Assembly: GCF_964204865.1 (NCBI RefSeq)
Contig: NC_135251.1
Coordinates: 620,001-684,000, forward strand
Origin: Styela clava
Taxonomy: Eukaryota
Direction: 5' to 3'
DNA: 64,000 nt
This document shows positions 38,685 to 51,971 of this stretch, piece after piece. The translations under genes were made by a program, and so were the position numbers. The notes beneath the pieces are model-generated. The model saw nothing but the letters and a program-made list of their open reading frames with translations. It had not been told where the DNA came from and searched no databases. Positions within the stretch are counted from its first letter, which is position 1; each line of letters opens with the position of its first letter.

Positions 38685-38880
38685 TGCGCTGAAAATCGAA
38701 TTTTCAAAATTTTTTTCATAACAATAACGGGATTCCTCGAAGAGAGTCGTGCGAAGGAACGTTGGAGAAACGCAAATCAAAAGACTTCAATGCGACTGAC
38801 GAAGCAATTAGTTTGCATGGGAGATAAATCTCGTGCGTCATAGATGATGAATTGTTACTTTTTATTCTAAAGATTTTGAT
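38685..38880 (+). pseudogene. FGF-like copy
   Basis: ENRIFKIF; TKQLVCMGDKSR (cf. TGLYICMNKKGK); NCYFL. Confidence 0.6.
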
Positions 38881-39162
38881 AATTTGTGTGTGTAAACTTT
38901 CACCTTGATATTTTCGCGTTTTAAGGTATTTTAATTTGAAGTTGTCTGCAGTTATTCAAACTTTATAAAGTCATGACCTAGATGTCTTTATTATGAGGCG
39001 GCCCATGTATGTCACTGTTGCATATGTATGCTATCGATTTGATTCGAGTCCTGCCCACCAGTGTTGTGGCAAACCATTGACTAGATTCGAGTTGGACTCG
39101 AGTTACCATTTATAAAAGACAAGATGTAACTAGATGCATCTGAATAAAATGGGTCATCAACA

Positions 39163-39398
39163 GGTACTCCCGTAGTATGTGAACCAAGATGGCGGACAAC
39201 GGAACGTAGTAAGTGTACCAGGTTAGGGTTAGGCCGTAATTTCATTCCAATTTTTCTTATTTCAGTTCTATTACGAGTTCGGGGACTAGCCAAGTGACTC
39301 CCGTAGTGATTGTACCTAAAATTATGGCCTAACCCCAATCTGGTACACATACTACGTTCCGGTGCCCGCCATCTTGGTTCACATAATTCGGGAGTACC
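39163..39398. mobile_element. MITE, GGTACTCCCG family
   Basis: Long TIRs GGTACTCCCGTAGTATGTGAACCAAGATGGCGG..; perfect TSD CATCAACA. Confidence 0.92.
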
Positions 39399-39659
39399 CA
39401 TCAACAAACCGCAAGTGGCGTAGATCGGTGACTGACTAGACTTGGATGACCCGTTACTCGTTTTAACTCACGACTAGGGGTTTAATCCAACATTGCCATC
39501 TACCCTTAGTCTATCATCCTATCCGCGTGTAATAGAAAATGTTACAGCTAAATTAAATATGGATGCTACATGGCCTCAGCAATTTACAAACACTAACACA
39601 AATATATCTCAGTATATATGATACGATAGGAGGCATTTGTAGAAATGAAAGATTCACGG

Positions 39660-40030
39660 ATCACCTATATAGTCATATTTATTTCTGCTACAGCATCCTC
39701 GGATTCACTAAGCGCAAAATTGAAGGATATAATGGTTGTTAGTCTCGCATGATCCCGATCGCTAGAATTCGTCTCTTTCGAATTACTGAAGTTTAATTGG
39801 AATTATGGTAAAAAAAAATATCGCGGGAAATCGCGTTCCCACAAATAATGTATCAATGGATTTCAAAGTTTCGGTATTTATAGCTGGAAGAAGATTATCG
39901 TCTTATATATTTAATTTTTCGTCGAGTCCTACAGAATGCGCAGAACCAATCCAAAATCGATGTTTATATCACCAAGTTCAATTTCACTTTCATTTTGATG
40001 GCAGGTGTTATTCTGAGAAACTGTGAGTGC
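39660..40030 (+). pseudogene. Leader-module copy followed by FGF-like core
   Basis: GCTACAGCATCC leader, then ARIRLFRI, FIAGRRL, NRCLYHQV. Confidence 0.45.
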
Positions 40031-40439
40031 AAGATTGACATTGGTCGTTTGGCATCCATTCTTGTGATGAAACAATGCAACAATTATGATTTAATCAACG
40101 CTGTTAAGCTATTGTCATTATTGACATTATCTAATACATTATGACATGATAATAATTCTGTTTGTTTACTTTTGCTGCGCGCAACATAACTGGAATTTTA
40201 ATGAGACTCGCATAAAATGAACATTATTCAGAAATCTGTGGATATTTTTTCAATGCTTGTTCGGAGAAATATTTTGCAGTGTACTCCAATCTGTTATATC
40301 AGATCTTGACGTTACAAACGTTCATTCAAGAAACTGCTTCGATAAATAATTTGCATGCCACTCTGATAAAGAGGATTTATTTGGTAAACTTTAAATAAAA
40401 TATCTAAATCTTTAAAAATCATGATAAAATAAATATCGT

Positions 40440-41268
40440 GAGTAGAAAGTAAACAAGGAGAAAGGACCTGCAGTTCAATACACAATATCCAAGTTCTTCT
40501 AGTATAAAATAAATACTGTAGTGATAAAAATTACTATGACGGGAAAAGACACTTAGTGTTTGAAAACAAAAAATGCAATGAAGGTTTGTTAACAATAAAG
40601 CAATGCTCAAATATATGAATATAAAATACAAATGTCAGATAAAAGATTTCCCGCGAATATTGAAGCCGAAATATTGAGCCAAATATGACTCTAACAATCT
40701 GAAAATTAAGATCCTTCTTTACTTTTGTAGATGACTCGGATTCCTAGTATGGGGTAGACTTTTTTGTACTTGCGAAGTATGTGAACCAAGATGGCGGGCA
40801 CCGGAACGTAACACGTGTACCAGGTTGGACTATAATTTCAGATACAAATACTACGGGAGTAACTTGGCTAATCTCCAAAGTCGTTATAGGACTTGAAATA
40901 AAATGAATAGAATAGCCTAATAGTAATCTGGTACACACACTACGTTCCGGTGTCCGCCATCTTGGTTCACATACTTCGGGAGTGCCGAATTTTTTCATCC
41001 CATGGAAAAGGAGGTCCAACATTGAAGTTTTTAATCAACTTTATGCGAAATAGCATATCTTACTTATCTAATCGTTTTCAATTTTTTATCTTACGCCGAT
41101 ATCTTCTAGTCTCACTTTTAAATTATTCAATAAAGTGAATTTAGATGACTCACTCAATGTGACTCGAGTCTTGCCAGGCGCATATGCGGAAACTAACCCG
41201 ACTGCTTAATATTATCGATGAGAAAATTTTCTGTTGCTACGTTTCCAATTGGTATTCTTCGGCGATAG
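40440..41268 (+). pseudogene. FGF-like copy interrupted by a MITE
   Basis: VESKQGER (nt homolog of ~10090-10115); KRRSNIEVFNQLY; LRRYLLVSLLNYSI-KVNLDDSLNVTR; RFQLVFFGD|gtgagt. Confidence 0.65.
40765..40986. mobile_element. MITE, GGTACTCCCG family
   Basis: TIRs; TSD GACTTTTT/GAATTTTT. Confidence 0.88.
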
Positions 41269-41574
41269 TGAGTGATTGCCACAAAGTAAACATATTGGAC
41301 ACGAATTATAAATGTCGCCGACCCCTGATTTGAACATTAGGTATAACTTTCCCTGGGTTATGCATATCTATCTAACCAATTCTTTCAAACACACGAGATT
41401 GTTAGAAATGAGTAACAATCGAAAAATTTTGTTTCCTGTTTATGTTATTATAACAGGAATGTCACGTTAGACCTTTTCAGCGACATCCATTTTGTTATTG
41501 TTATGTCTCAATAGTTGTTATTGAGAGAAACCTGAGATATCTTGACCGAAAGTGTTGTTTACAAAGTAAAATGC

Positions 41575-42320
41575 AGGTCAGCAGGAATTTGTGTTTCAAC
41601 ATTCCTTGCAAACAAGTATCTGTACGCTTTTATATTTCGTTGAAGCATTCACTCATATTCGAGAAACAACTATTTTTCTATGTTCTCAGTAATTTATGTG
41701 TCTGGAGGATTTATTGCAATAAAAGAATTGTACACAACTACATATCTTCCCAGGATTCTAGAAACTATTCGAAAAAAGTATTCGATTTGATACTTGAATT
41801 ATCAGGTATTCGGAAATGCTCAGTCCTACCGGCGAATCCTGCCTTTCAAGTTAAAAATTAAATCTGCATTTTATGCGAATATGTGGCGTGAAAAATTGCA
41901 CTACCTAATTCTAATAATATTAACTGTATAACATCAAAATTATATTACCCGAATTTTATAATGATTGAAAAACCCAACGGAAAAGGTGTAATTTATTTTA
42001 GTAATGAAATGAAACGAACTTTTTATCGCAAACGGGGTTGTGGAGCCGTGGCGTAGTATGTGAACCCGGAGTTGGAGTCAAAGTTCTTCAACTCGGAGTG
42101 AGAAATCGGTTATAATGTTTCCCGAACTCGAAGCCTTGGCCGCAATTGCAGCTTTAATTAGTCGATCTATGCGAGAATCTTGTTTGCCCCTGTTGCGACA
42201 TCTCCCGTTCGTTCTAATGTGACAACCCTGTCCGTAATCAACCCACACCATGTAAAAAATTTCAAATTATAATATCTCTATGAATACGCATTGAATTCAT
42301 CCAATCAGCCAAAACTCAAT
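41575..42320 (+). pseudogene. FGF-like copy with canonical FGF middle strands
   Basis: ANKYL; FSMFSVIYVSGGFIAIKELYTTTYL; ESCL..NVTTL..YALNSSNQP. Confidence 0.7.
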
Positions 42321-42565
42321 TAATGCGATTGATGGAAGCGCCAGAGTATCAGATGGATGCGACCGAACCTTTATTCAAATGGTTTCCAACCTTTTCGATT
42401 TGTTCCTTCCTTCGCCTATTTTGGATATCTTGATTCCTTCCTCAATATGAATAAAATGTCTGCTTCCGTTATTAGTTCAATTTTTAATGAATCACTAGTT
42501 ACGTGTAAATCGTCCTCTATTTGAATAGTTTATAATGTGTACATAAATATTATTACATCAACACT

Positions 42566-43380
42566 AAACAAGAGAGCGATCCTTAAATATGTGGTCGAAA
42601 GCCCAAAACTATGTAGTGTGGGTATGAAAATTGTCACAGTAGACTACTGCAGTCTTCACGACCTAGCATTCACCACGACTTTGCCTGACCACGAGATATC
42701 AATTCACGCAAAAGCGGAGCCGCCACAAGGAGCGCAATTTTTAAGTTTGATGACGTCATCGCGCACAAAACGAATCCCATATTGGCCACAGATATTTTTG
42801 GAATAAATCGGATCTAGCGAAAAATACAATTGTAACCTCTGATAAATTGGTCCAGTAGTTATAGAGAAAAGCGATTTTTTTTCATAACAATAAAAAAGGG
42901 AAAATACCAAATTTAACATGAACAAGAGAGCTACGCACAAATATATGGACACGTTAGACCAGAGCGAATCAGTCCTTACCGGTACCTTTGACGCTACCGG
43001 TACCCTCAACAAAGTTCTGAATTTCCAGGAGCAAGAATTTTGCAGAATCAAAACGTACAGCCAGTCATGACACTGACTAAAATCCGTGTTCCCATGAATA
43101 AAAAATAATACAGCAAAATTTTAGACGAAATATCAAATTTCATAGAATTCACGCAAAATTTTGAAATAAATAAAAGTAATAGCCTTCTAGCGAAAAAATT
43201 AATCTTTAACCACTGAAAATTTCAAAGCAATTGGTCCAGTATTCGAAGAGAAAAGCGACTTTTTAAAAACGTGTCAAAGAACAACAACAACATAATATTG
43301 AAACGATCGTTATGTCCACTTCGTGTCCAACAACAACATTATAACGAAACAATCCATACGTCCACTCCGTGTCCAATAAC
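42566..43380 (+). mobile_element. Tandem non-TIR interspersed repeats (ACAAGAGAGC...GTGTCCAATAA)
   Basis: Two heads (~42568, ~42921); duplicated CTAGCGAAAAA..AATTGGTCCAGTA..AGAGAAAAGCGA segment; duplicated 3' GTCCACT.CGTGTCCAA. Confidence 0.55.
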
Positions 43381-43619
43381 TACACCGAATACAAAGTAAT
43401 GTTTCTGTCTTCCCTTCAAAAAAAGGATATATTATGCCCCGGTTGAGAAACGCTTTTCCATTCTATTTCAAATTTGCTGTGACTAGCGACTAGGTTTAGA
43501 GACTTTTATCCAATTTTGAGAATCCTTGCGTACCTATACCAGGCTATTCTATTAGAATATTGAAAAATGATAAGACGATTCTATACATGCTAGTTTGATG
43601 TTAATTACCGTATATTTTT

Positions 43620-44130
43620 CATCAATAGGTGAATTTTTGCTCTTTAGTGGCATCTAGGGAAAAGCAAGTGGATCAAGCACAGAAATCGAACTTTTAAACC
43701 AGTTCATTCCATTGTTTATCCATTGGCAATCGACGGTAACAACAGAATTTTTTTACTCTAACCAAACTCTATAGGTAGCGTTGTGCCTGATTTAAAACCA
43801 CACACATTTTTAACGTAACGTGAATTTTCTTATGAATGCGAGAAGTCTAGAAAAGCCCTCAAAAATGTGCATTTCATGAAATTTTAACTTTTCTTTTTTG
43901 AAGCGAATCGGCCTGGCTAATATAATAATACCTTGTAAGGATAAGCCTGTGAGATACTATTGATTTTGGTCACATGATTATGAAGACTTGTCGCTTTAGT
44001 GTTCGGAAATTTCTTACTGCATAGTAAAGCTCTGCGCTCGTATGGTTAATATGAATATGCTTAGTCGCGCTTCAATGTACATGTTTTAACATTTTATTCT
44101 GCCTCGTAGCGGGCAAGGTTAATAAATGTA
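43620..44130 (+). pseudogene. FGF17-like copy
   Basis: IGEFLLFSGI*GK (6/13 vs IREYQLYSRTSGK); AIDGN..L..NSIGSVV; KTCRF; LPRSG. Confidence 0.7.
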
Positions 44131-44304
44131 TTCATCGTTCGATTACGAAAATATTAAACCAGTCTACATTTGAATGATATCACGCGGAGATGCAATTATG
44201 TCTCTACAAGTACAACTATGATTAGATAAAAACGTGGACAAAACGTGTAGGGGAAGGCGTCTTAGAATTCCAGCCAATGTTCCTTTTCGAATGCAACAAT
44301 TCTG

Positions 44305-44506
44305 GGTACTCCCGTAATGTGTGTACAAGGATAAGGTTCGGCCATAATTTTATTCCGATTTTTCTTTATTTTAGTCAGTTCGGGGACTGTGTTGGCCAAG
44401 TTAATATTCCCCTAACCATGGGTTTCAGTCCCTTCACACAACTTGATGTAAAGTAGGCGAACAAAATTAGTTACCTCCATAATGGTACACACACTTCTGG
44501 AGCGCC
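44305..44506. mobile_element. MITE, GGTACTCCCG subfamily
   Basis: GGTACTCCCG...GGAGCGCC; TSD CAATTCTG/CGATTCTG; homolog at 50269. Confidence 0.85.
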
Positions 44507-44539
44507 CGATTCTGTGTATCACTGCAAAGGTGTAATAGA

Positions 44540-44820
44540 CAACCGATGTTGATAAAACAAATTCTTACTCACATTTCACTTAATTTTCCCGAATGAATTG
44601 GCAAGTTGCTGTAAGTAGTGATCCGTATTGCTGGCAATCATAAATATCATTAACCAGGCACCTTACTTTCAAACCAGCATCGACTCATAGCGTATATGCA
44701 AGTATCCACATTCACACAGCACTAAGTTAGCGTGTTGCTCCTAGAACAGCGAAATGTAGACTGGAAGCATTAGTAGGGTATTTTGCGCCACAATGAAAAC
44801 GGGGAAAGTAGCTCAAGCAC
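44540..44820 (+). pseudogene. FGF-like copy
   Basis: KQILTH..GKLL*V; VYASIHIHT; YF-CATMKTGKV. Confidence 0.5.
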
Positions 44821-45084
44821 GTAAAATATTCAAATCTTCGGTCGAGATAAGACAAATTAATACATAACTGCAATTCCATTTGCTTCGGTGCAGTCATCGG
44901 CTAAAATCACACGGACTATACCGTACTCTGTGGATACAATAACACGTCATTTCCCTAATACTTCAATCATCCTATAAAGTATATATAGACTTTACTTCCT
45001 CTGTACAGATCACATCACTAGTACTGCCTCATATCTTACTAATGAGATCTTTGTCTATTTAAAATTGAGGTCAGCAAGTCGAAT

Positions 45085-45270
45085 ACACCGACTGTCCCAG
45101 TCCACTGCACGCTTCACTACATTCTAATTGCTAATTGTTGCGTCTGGGTAGTATTACCTGTTACACAACAATGTAAATAATCTGATTGACGTTCTGTTTT
45201 GTTTAGTTGTGGGGATCAGATTTTCATTGGCAAGTGGCGTTTAGTTTATCGCATTGGGCAGTTGTAGCCT
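45085..45270 (+). pseudogene. FGF-like fragment
   Basis: RLSQSTARFTTF*LLIVASG*Y; ALGS. Confidence 0.45.
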
Positions 45271-46501
45271 TTTTTGTCCAGTGCGTTCTTGCTTTCAACA
45301 TTTACAAACAGGCCGAATTCACTTTCGGTTGTGAACCCAGATAAAGTGTGACAAAATTTATGTGGGCGGGTTCCCGCTGCAATTCAAAATCAACTTACAA
45401 CACATTCTACTTTCTGTTTCTACAGTCAAGTCGAGCGAGTAAATGTGTAGGCTGTACATGTGTTTGCAATTTTTTTTGTGATCAAAATCCAAATCTGGCC
45501 AGTACTTTTGTGCAGGTCAAACTTTAACTCCAGGGGAGAACCCCTGTTCTCTCCCTTGTTAAAACTCATATGGCAAGTTACGCTTCTCAACTGAAATTGC
45601 ACCACAATCCATATTTCTGTTCATACAGTCAGTCACGTCGAGTAAAGGTTTAGGTTATATTTACACGAAACTGAATATAGACAATATTTAGGAACAAAAT
45701 ATGTCAACAATAAATTAAAAATGAAATAAAGAGTAAAATGCAGGTTTATTTGGCAACAATATTTCAATCTCAAACATCGAATAGTTAAGGAATTTATAAG
45801 TATTTAAGGATACGTGAAGATGTAAAAGTACTGCATCTGTTTACATACATTACAAGTCTTCGATTACAATGCATTTTACAGTTATTCTAGAATTTATACT
45901 TCATTACTAATATTATTTTTTAGTTCATATATTTTTTAAATTATTCAAGTACACTCAAAGCGAGATACATTGTCCCTCGAATATTGGTGAAAACGTGTTG
46001 AAAACGCGTTTCCGTAGCATCTAAAATGGCTTGTTATAAGTCCTTGATTGAAGTTTTTCCATCATTTGTATTTGAACTTTATGCTAATATTCCTTCTATT
46101 AGTCAAGTAGACAAGTATAAAAACGGACAGGCTCCTCCGGGATAATAATGGAAAGAGCGCTAATAGAAGAGTTCCGATACTACAAGCATATATATTGCTG
46201 TATATCGTTTTTTTCCAGATTATAATTAACGTCCTTGAGTCATAAGACAAATCTAAATACAACGTTGTTGTGCTGAGAGAGAGTTTAAAGATATTTAGAG
46301 AAATATTGTAAGAATAAGCGGACGAGTATTCTCAATATGAAAAAAATTGAGCAACGTAATGGGTTTGAATAGTTGCTGCTAACATAACAAAATTAAATAT
46401 GAAAAGCAAAGAAAAATAAAGCAAAAAGCAAAAAACTATAAAGCTGTTGAAAAGCACGATATGTACAAAGAGGCGAAGAAAATGCAAAAATAAATATCTC
46501 G

Positions 46502-46850
46502 ATGTGTGGTTTAATTTTAAATCAGCTCTTTATTTGGTATACCGGTAGTTCACATATAGAAATTTGGGTTCTACAACAGCCTAAGATCTACCACAATATA
46601 GCGGGTTACTATGGGGTGGGGCAAAATCTACTTCATGCTAATACTATGGCGTCAGGTCTACCGCTGCATTCGCCATCCCAAGTGGATACCACTTCTTACT
46701 ATATATTTAATTAAGACATAAACACTGTACATTTTCTAAGAATGATCTATATAGATATTTGAACATTCTATTCCCGGGGCGCAGTAGATCGTGCATGGCG
46801 GGCACTCTGACTGATGGGAGACATATGGTAGTAGACCTCACGCTATAGCA
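46502..46850 (+). pseudogene. FGF8/18-like core with one major break
   Basis: LNQLFIWYTGSSHIEI..LLHANTMASGL..TSYYIF*; KHCTFSK..Y..L..CMA..DGR. Confidence 0.65.
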
Positions 46851-47812
46851 TTATCGAAATCAGTTCAGGACTTTCTTTTGCGTTGTGAACTTTGCTGGTT
46901 TGTTCAACTTGAATGTTGTTTGGCGATGGTTGATGTTGCAACGTTTTCAGTCCTGACCCGGCGTCATCAACGTTAAACAGTGTTTATTAAAGTTACATTT
47001 CTTCTGCTTTTCAACCGCTCCTGTAAAAGATAATCAAAGGAATGATGTTAATGAAGTCAAATTTACGCCATTAATTCATGTTTTGCGAGGGTTCGAGTTC
47101 GACATGCTTGTATTGATAGTCGAAGTAGCAGACGATGATTTTAAGACTTCCAAAAGATTTGTTTTTCTGATAAGGTCGATTCATCGAGAGCGAAAATGTG
47201 AAAACCGCATAGAATATTCAAATGAGTCGATCAACAATGTAAGACTGTTTTTCATGCGCGAGGTTATAAAAAGCAGTGCTATGCGGGGAAGTTCGGCGTC
47301 TTTTTATTGATGTTAGAGCCTAAATCACAGTTCGGTTATTAAACTATTTGACCATGAATCAGATTTTTGATTTTCTGAAGGCAGAATTGGCGAAAAGCGA
47401 AATCAAAATTTACAACAGAAACTTAAAATCATTTATTTAACTAGCATTCTCACTGGCAATTAAAAAAAAAGGTTGAACATGCCAAAGTTTTTGTAAACGA
47501 AATTTTGTTTTCTCGGAGCCAGAGTCGGGGTTAAAAAAAATTTCATCACAAATTGAACCCGTTGTCGGCGGTAAAATATGTCTAACAAATAATAGAAGCA
47601 ATTCCAAAAATGGTATCTTCTTACGTATAAGTGGCTCTTTCTTTGCAATTAAAGGCGTGGAGAGTGTCGAACAAAAAATTATTAGTAGAATGAATTACTA
47701 ACTAGAGAAATTTAGTAGGCACGTACTCACAATAGTTTAATGCTTCTTGCCGACGTCATTTTTGCACAGAGAATAATTCTTGTCCAGATGCAGCCGATTG
47801 CACAGAATCCAA
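46850..47812 (-). pseudogene. Several FGF-like pieces
   Basis: 82-nt exon 47812-47731 (QSAASGQ..LCKNDVGK); YVRRYHFWNCFYYLLDI; FYNLAHEKQSYIVDRL; terminal exon from 47020 KKCNF..NIN..TDF. Confidence 0.55.
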
Positions 47813-49049
47813 CTAGAGGAAAAATAAATATGTTAATTAGATCAAGTGTGGAATGAAAGGTTTCAAGAACTGTTTGAATTTTGCTTTGAGTCTATAGCGC
47901 GAGATCTGCCCCAACTTAACACCACAGCACGCATCGTCCATTCATGAGGAATATGACTTGTTTCTATACATTTAATTTGGCAATAAACATTCGAATTGTA
48001 CGTATTCAATGGACCTCACACTGCACCAAAGCAGGCACCATATGGTGGTAGATCTCACGCCACGATGGCAGTAAAAGCATTAAAGCAGTCCAAACAGTAA
48101 AAGTTAAATAACTAGACCATCTAGTTTTATTACTGATGGAAATTTTCATAAATTTCAGTATTTATGAAGAACAACATGCATTTGTTAGTGTGTTAGTAAT
48201 GAGTGCAGAGAAGTGAGCATCACCCAAAGAACGATATCGTTGAGCAGACGTCTAGAAACCTCGAGTCGCGAGTTAAGCGATCGCGATCATGGATCATTTG
48301 GATCTCTCTATTTGATGACGAGTCATTTTATCTAGATGACTCGAATTACTTCAAGTTCTTGACAAATTTTGATCAAAGTCCAACTCGAGTCGAATCAGTG
48401 ACTCCAGCCCTCCGTCCCAACGCTGACTAAAAGGGGCGAATGAAAGATTTCAAATCGAAGTCACCTTCTGATGTCTTGGACTTAGTACAATCTACTTCGA
48501 CTACAACTTGTGTTCACGCTATTGCGCTAATGTAGCTAATGCCTATTGGCTGTTTGCCTCAATTTATATTTTGCGGTTTTTGGTGCGAATACAAAAATTG
48601 TTGAATTTCATATTTCATTCCTCTTCAAGCATATAAGCGGTTTTTGCATTGTTTTGACATAAATGTACTATCTTGACGTCATTATCTCGACGTATTCATT
48701 GTTCCTTTCAAATGAATTCTTCACTGTTGATTTGATTTCAGGTTTTGCTATTGCTTGTACACATCACCATTGGCAATTTTGCAAAAGTATAAGAAAAGTT
48801 TGTTTAGCAGTTTTCTGCATTGTTTTTAAAGCGAGACACATGCAGCTTACTAGAGAACTTTTGAGCATCTTTATATAACTATAGGACGTGAAAGAAACCC
48901 TATAAAGCAAGATTTTTTATACGATTTTTAGCATGTGATTCCAGCATAGTTAATTCCAATGCTTTATCCACTAAGTCGTTGCATTTATAAATGTAGCAAG
49001 ATCGCTGGTAACACAAACTGCTATTCCCTTTGCCTTACTTTTTTAAGGG

Positions 49050-49730
49050 TTTGATTTTCTTAAGCATTTGCTCGAAGTGGACTTTACGAACTTGATTTTA
49101 ACTAGCATGTCCATTTTGCAGACATTTTGTTCAATTAGAAATTTCTTTTTCGTTATGTTGAGGTTTTGTTCTGAGTATGCGATCAGCCACCAAAAGCATT
49201 TCACCTCGTGTTTTCTCACCTTTACCCTGGCAAACTAAACAGGGCAATCGACTGTTTTGCGATCATGTCCTTGCACATTGTAAAGCGCACAAATATACAG
49301 GCTCTCCAGCAGTTTCTACGGTCTGAATGGCAAAGAAAACTGCTGGTTGAAGAAGTTTGAAAATGCGACTAATTTAGGGTCACCATATTTGAAAAAGCAA
49401 AATTCCGGACAGTGCATGAACATTTTCATGGCCTCGTAGTATAAAATATGTGCACGGTACGAAATAACAATGTTCTGTATTAGCAGTGTGCACAGTACGA
49501 TTGCAGATGCAAATTCCGGATTCCGGACATTTGAGCATTTTTTAAATTCTTCCCGGACGCAAAATTTAACCCTAAATTCCGGACATGTCCGGAATTTTCC
49601 GGACGGTATGGCAACCCTAGACTAATTCACCAGAATATAAAGGCTTCAGATTTGCTCAGATTACATTTGATCAATTAGAAGAAAATGGTGTTTAAGAGGT
49701 CAAAAGTCATAACTTTGTTCATATCGTGTA
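49050..49730 (-). pseudogene. FGF-like copy split by a MITE
   Basis: KVMTFDLL; IFKLLQPAVFFAIQTVETAGEPVYLC; DC-LF; QVRKVHFEQML. Confidence 0.7.
49375..49619. mobile_element. hAT MITE
   Basis: TIR TAGGGTCACCATA / TATGGCAACCCTA; perfect TSD GACTAATT; TCCGGA repeats. Confidence 0.92.
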
Positions 49731-50130
49731 TAACAGATTAAAATAAAACAAATAATTGATTTTATGACCAAAATTAAAATTGGGACAATACTTTATGACA
49801 CCCTGTATATTTTGAAAAATGATATCTTAAAAAAAAATAAAAATATTCATTTATATAAAAATCGGAATGCAATAAATTTCCGCATTCTTCTCGAAGTTTA
49901 GAAGAAATAATTTTAAGAACAGAAATTATATACTGATATATTAACTTACCTGATAAATTACTTAAACTTCTACCCTAACGGTACTAATCATATGAAATCA
50001 TATACGCGAAATTTAATATCTTAGATGCCGAAGTATAAAGTATATATAGTATTACTCAGAACCGATTTAATCAGGTTGCGACATCCCTATGACCTTGGCT
50101 ATGAGCAATGATATGGCACATATAATCGAA

Positions 50131-50532
50131 CAGTGGTTTTCAACCTTTATAGCGCAATGGAACCCCAATGAAACACCCAAGAGGATCGGGAAACAGCAAA
50201 ATATCAAACCTAATTTAAATTTTTTTGAAGAATATCAATATTGACACTCGGGTTTGTATGGAAAATTGGGTACTCTCGTAGTGCGTGTAACAATGTAGGG
50301 TTAGGACATAATTTTAGTCCGATTTTTCCTTATTTTAGTTTTATTACGAGTTCGGGGACTGTCTGTGCTAGCCAAGTGAATATACCTTCTGCCCATAGGT
50401 TCCATACCCTTTTAACCAACATGATGTAAAGTAGACGAACAAAATTAGTTACCTCCATATTGTTACACACACTTCTGGAGCGCACATTGGTTATCTGCGC
50501 TGCAATGGCAGAACCCTTGTTAAAAACCACTG
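50131..50532. mobile_element. hAT-like MITE with nested GGTACT-family MITE (50269-50484)
   Basis: Outer CAGTGGTTTT / AAAACCACTG; inner element homologous to 44305-44506. Confidence 0.75.
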
Positions 50533-50734
50533 TTATTGACTATGACACAAAACTTATTGAAATACTTTCCGACGCATCATACAATTATATTGATGTGTCG
50601 TTGTTTTCATAAACGTTAGAATTTATGAACCTTAGTGTATTCATGCGTTATGACACCCGTAATTTTTAAAACTCGCATAAAAATTACTTTATTCGACCGA
50701 TATTTTACCCTGATAATGTTGCTCTGACTATGCC

Positions 50735-50810
50735 AATGTGTTTTTTACGATGCTCATTCACGCTGTTCGCTCCGAGTACGGCTCCGCACAAGCAAAGACT
50801 GATAATGTAA
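50735..50810 (+). pseudogene. FGF-like fragment
   Basis: FLRCSFTLFAPSTAPHKQRL|gtaag. Confidence 0.4.
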
Positions 50811-50841
50811 GTAGCCATGATATTAAGAACTAGATTCTTAC

Positions 50842-51191
50842 CGGTTCGTCATTGTCCACCCTATTAATTACACCTTGGGTGAGATAACAGGCATAGAATG
50901 GAAATACTTTTTGAAATATCCAAATAGACCGAATTCCCTATTTAATGCGAACAATTTCTCGATGCCTCGTCAAACGGCTTCTTTTTGGACAGTAATGGAA
51001 TACTTCGATGCGATTGTGAGACGAATGCATTGAACGGCACTTCATATAATATTGATAAATTTGATTGAATTTATCCACCATGTTTGTTTCCATTTAAACG
51101 ATACTTTCAGATTTATCAATTCAATTCCAATGCATTTCCGTGAATTTGGCCAATGTGACAGGGAACATGACAACTATAGTTTTGTTTTCAT
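50842..51191 (-). pseudogene. FGF8-like exon 1
   Basis: Frameshifted leader from ATG 51191; PFDE-H; IRSIWIFQKVFPFYACYLTQGVINRVDNDEP|gtaag. Confidence 0.55.
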
Positions 51192-51364
51192 TCCCGAAAA
51201 CTATTTTCGATTTCGCTTCCTCTACCATATCACGTCTTAATGACATGCAGACAACAATGGCAAGAAATGGGCAAGGAAGTCAGGTATTTCCCAGATTTAT
51301 GTTATAAGGGAAATTTGCTCAAGGCAGGGTCATGCGCAATCACTCAAAAATTAAGTAGACTAAT

Positions 51365-51450
51365 TTCTGAGCAAAGTTATGACCGATGAATTGCCAAAAT
51401 CTACTGATACTATGAATCTTTACAGCGTAGAATCGCGCGTTGGTTAGTGA
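51365..51450 (+). pseudogene. FGF17-like fragment
   Basis: EQS-VMTDELPKSTDTMNLYSVES (cf. MTDQL..LYS). Confidence 0.55.
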
Positions 51451-51539
51451 ATCCCGCCCTATTGACCGGAAAACCTTTATGAGATAGTGAATACCACATA
51501 AATGGAGTTATTGGCGAAAACTTTGTTCATGAATTCTCT

Positions 51540-51842
51540 TAATTGACTGTAATCAGTCAACCGAGTTTGAGATGTGAAAATTGCGCGGCTATTTCAAACG
51601 TTTTTAGGCGAAATACTTAATCCCGATTGAAATATGGGGCATTTAAAAATGGGTTTTTGTTACAGCTATGATGTAGTGATCTCCATATTACCGGCGTTCT
51701 TGTAAAAAATTGGACTCTTTCAATTAACTGTAAACGTGTGAATGGTCACAGCCAACCGAGATTAAGATATGAAAATTGCGCGACTATTTTAAACGATTTT
51801 AGGCAAATAACTAATCCCGATAGAAATATGGGGAACTTAATG
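51540..51842 (+). repeat. ~105-bp direct duplication
   Basis: CAACCGAG.TT.AGAT.TGAAAATTGCGCG.CTATTT.AAACG.TTTTAGGC..AATCCCGAT.GAAATATGGGG occurs twice. Confidence 0.8.
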
Positions 51843-51971
51843 TGTTTCCGTTATGTCGTTTTATGCATGCATGAGGGGTCAGAGCAACAGGTAAATATCA
51901 CAGTATTCACCGAGATGTTTTTCGTTCTCACCTAACCACTTAGCAGGTCGATGTAATGACTCGATCGTAGA

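Noticed and set aside
39081-39407. ORFs overlapping MITEs (also 17329, 22599, 26201, 36984, 40744, 50241)
   Set aside because: Chance frames within non-coding inverted-repeat elements; no transposase motifs.
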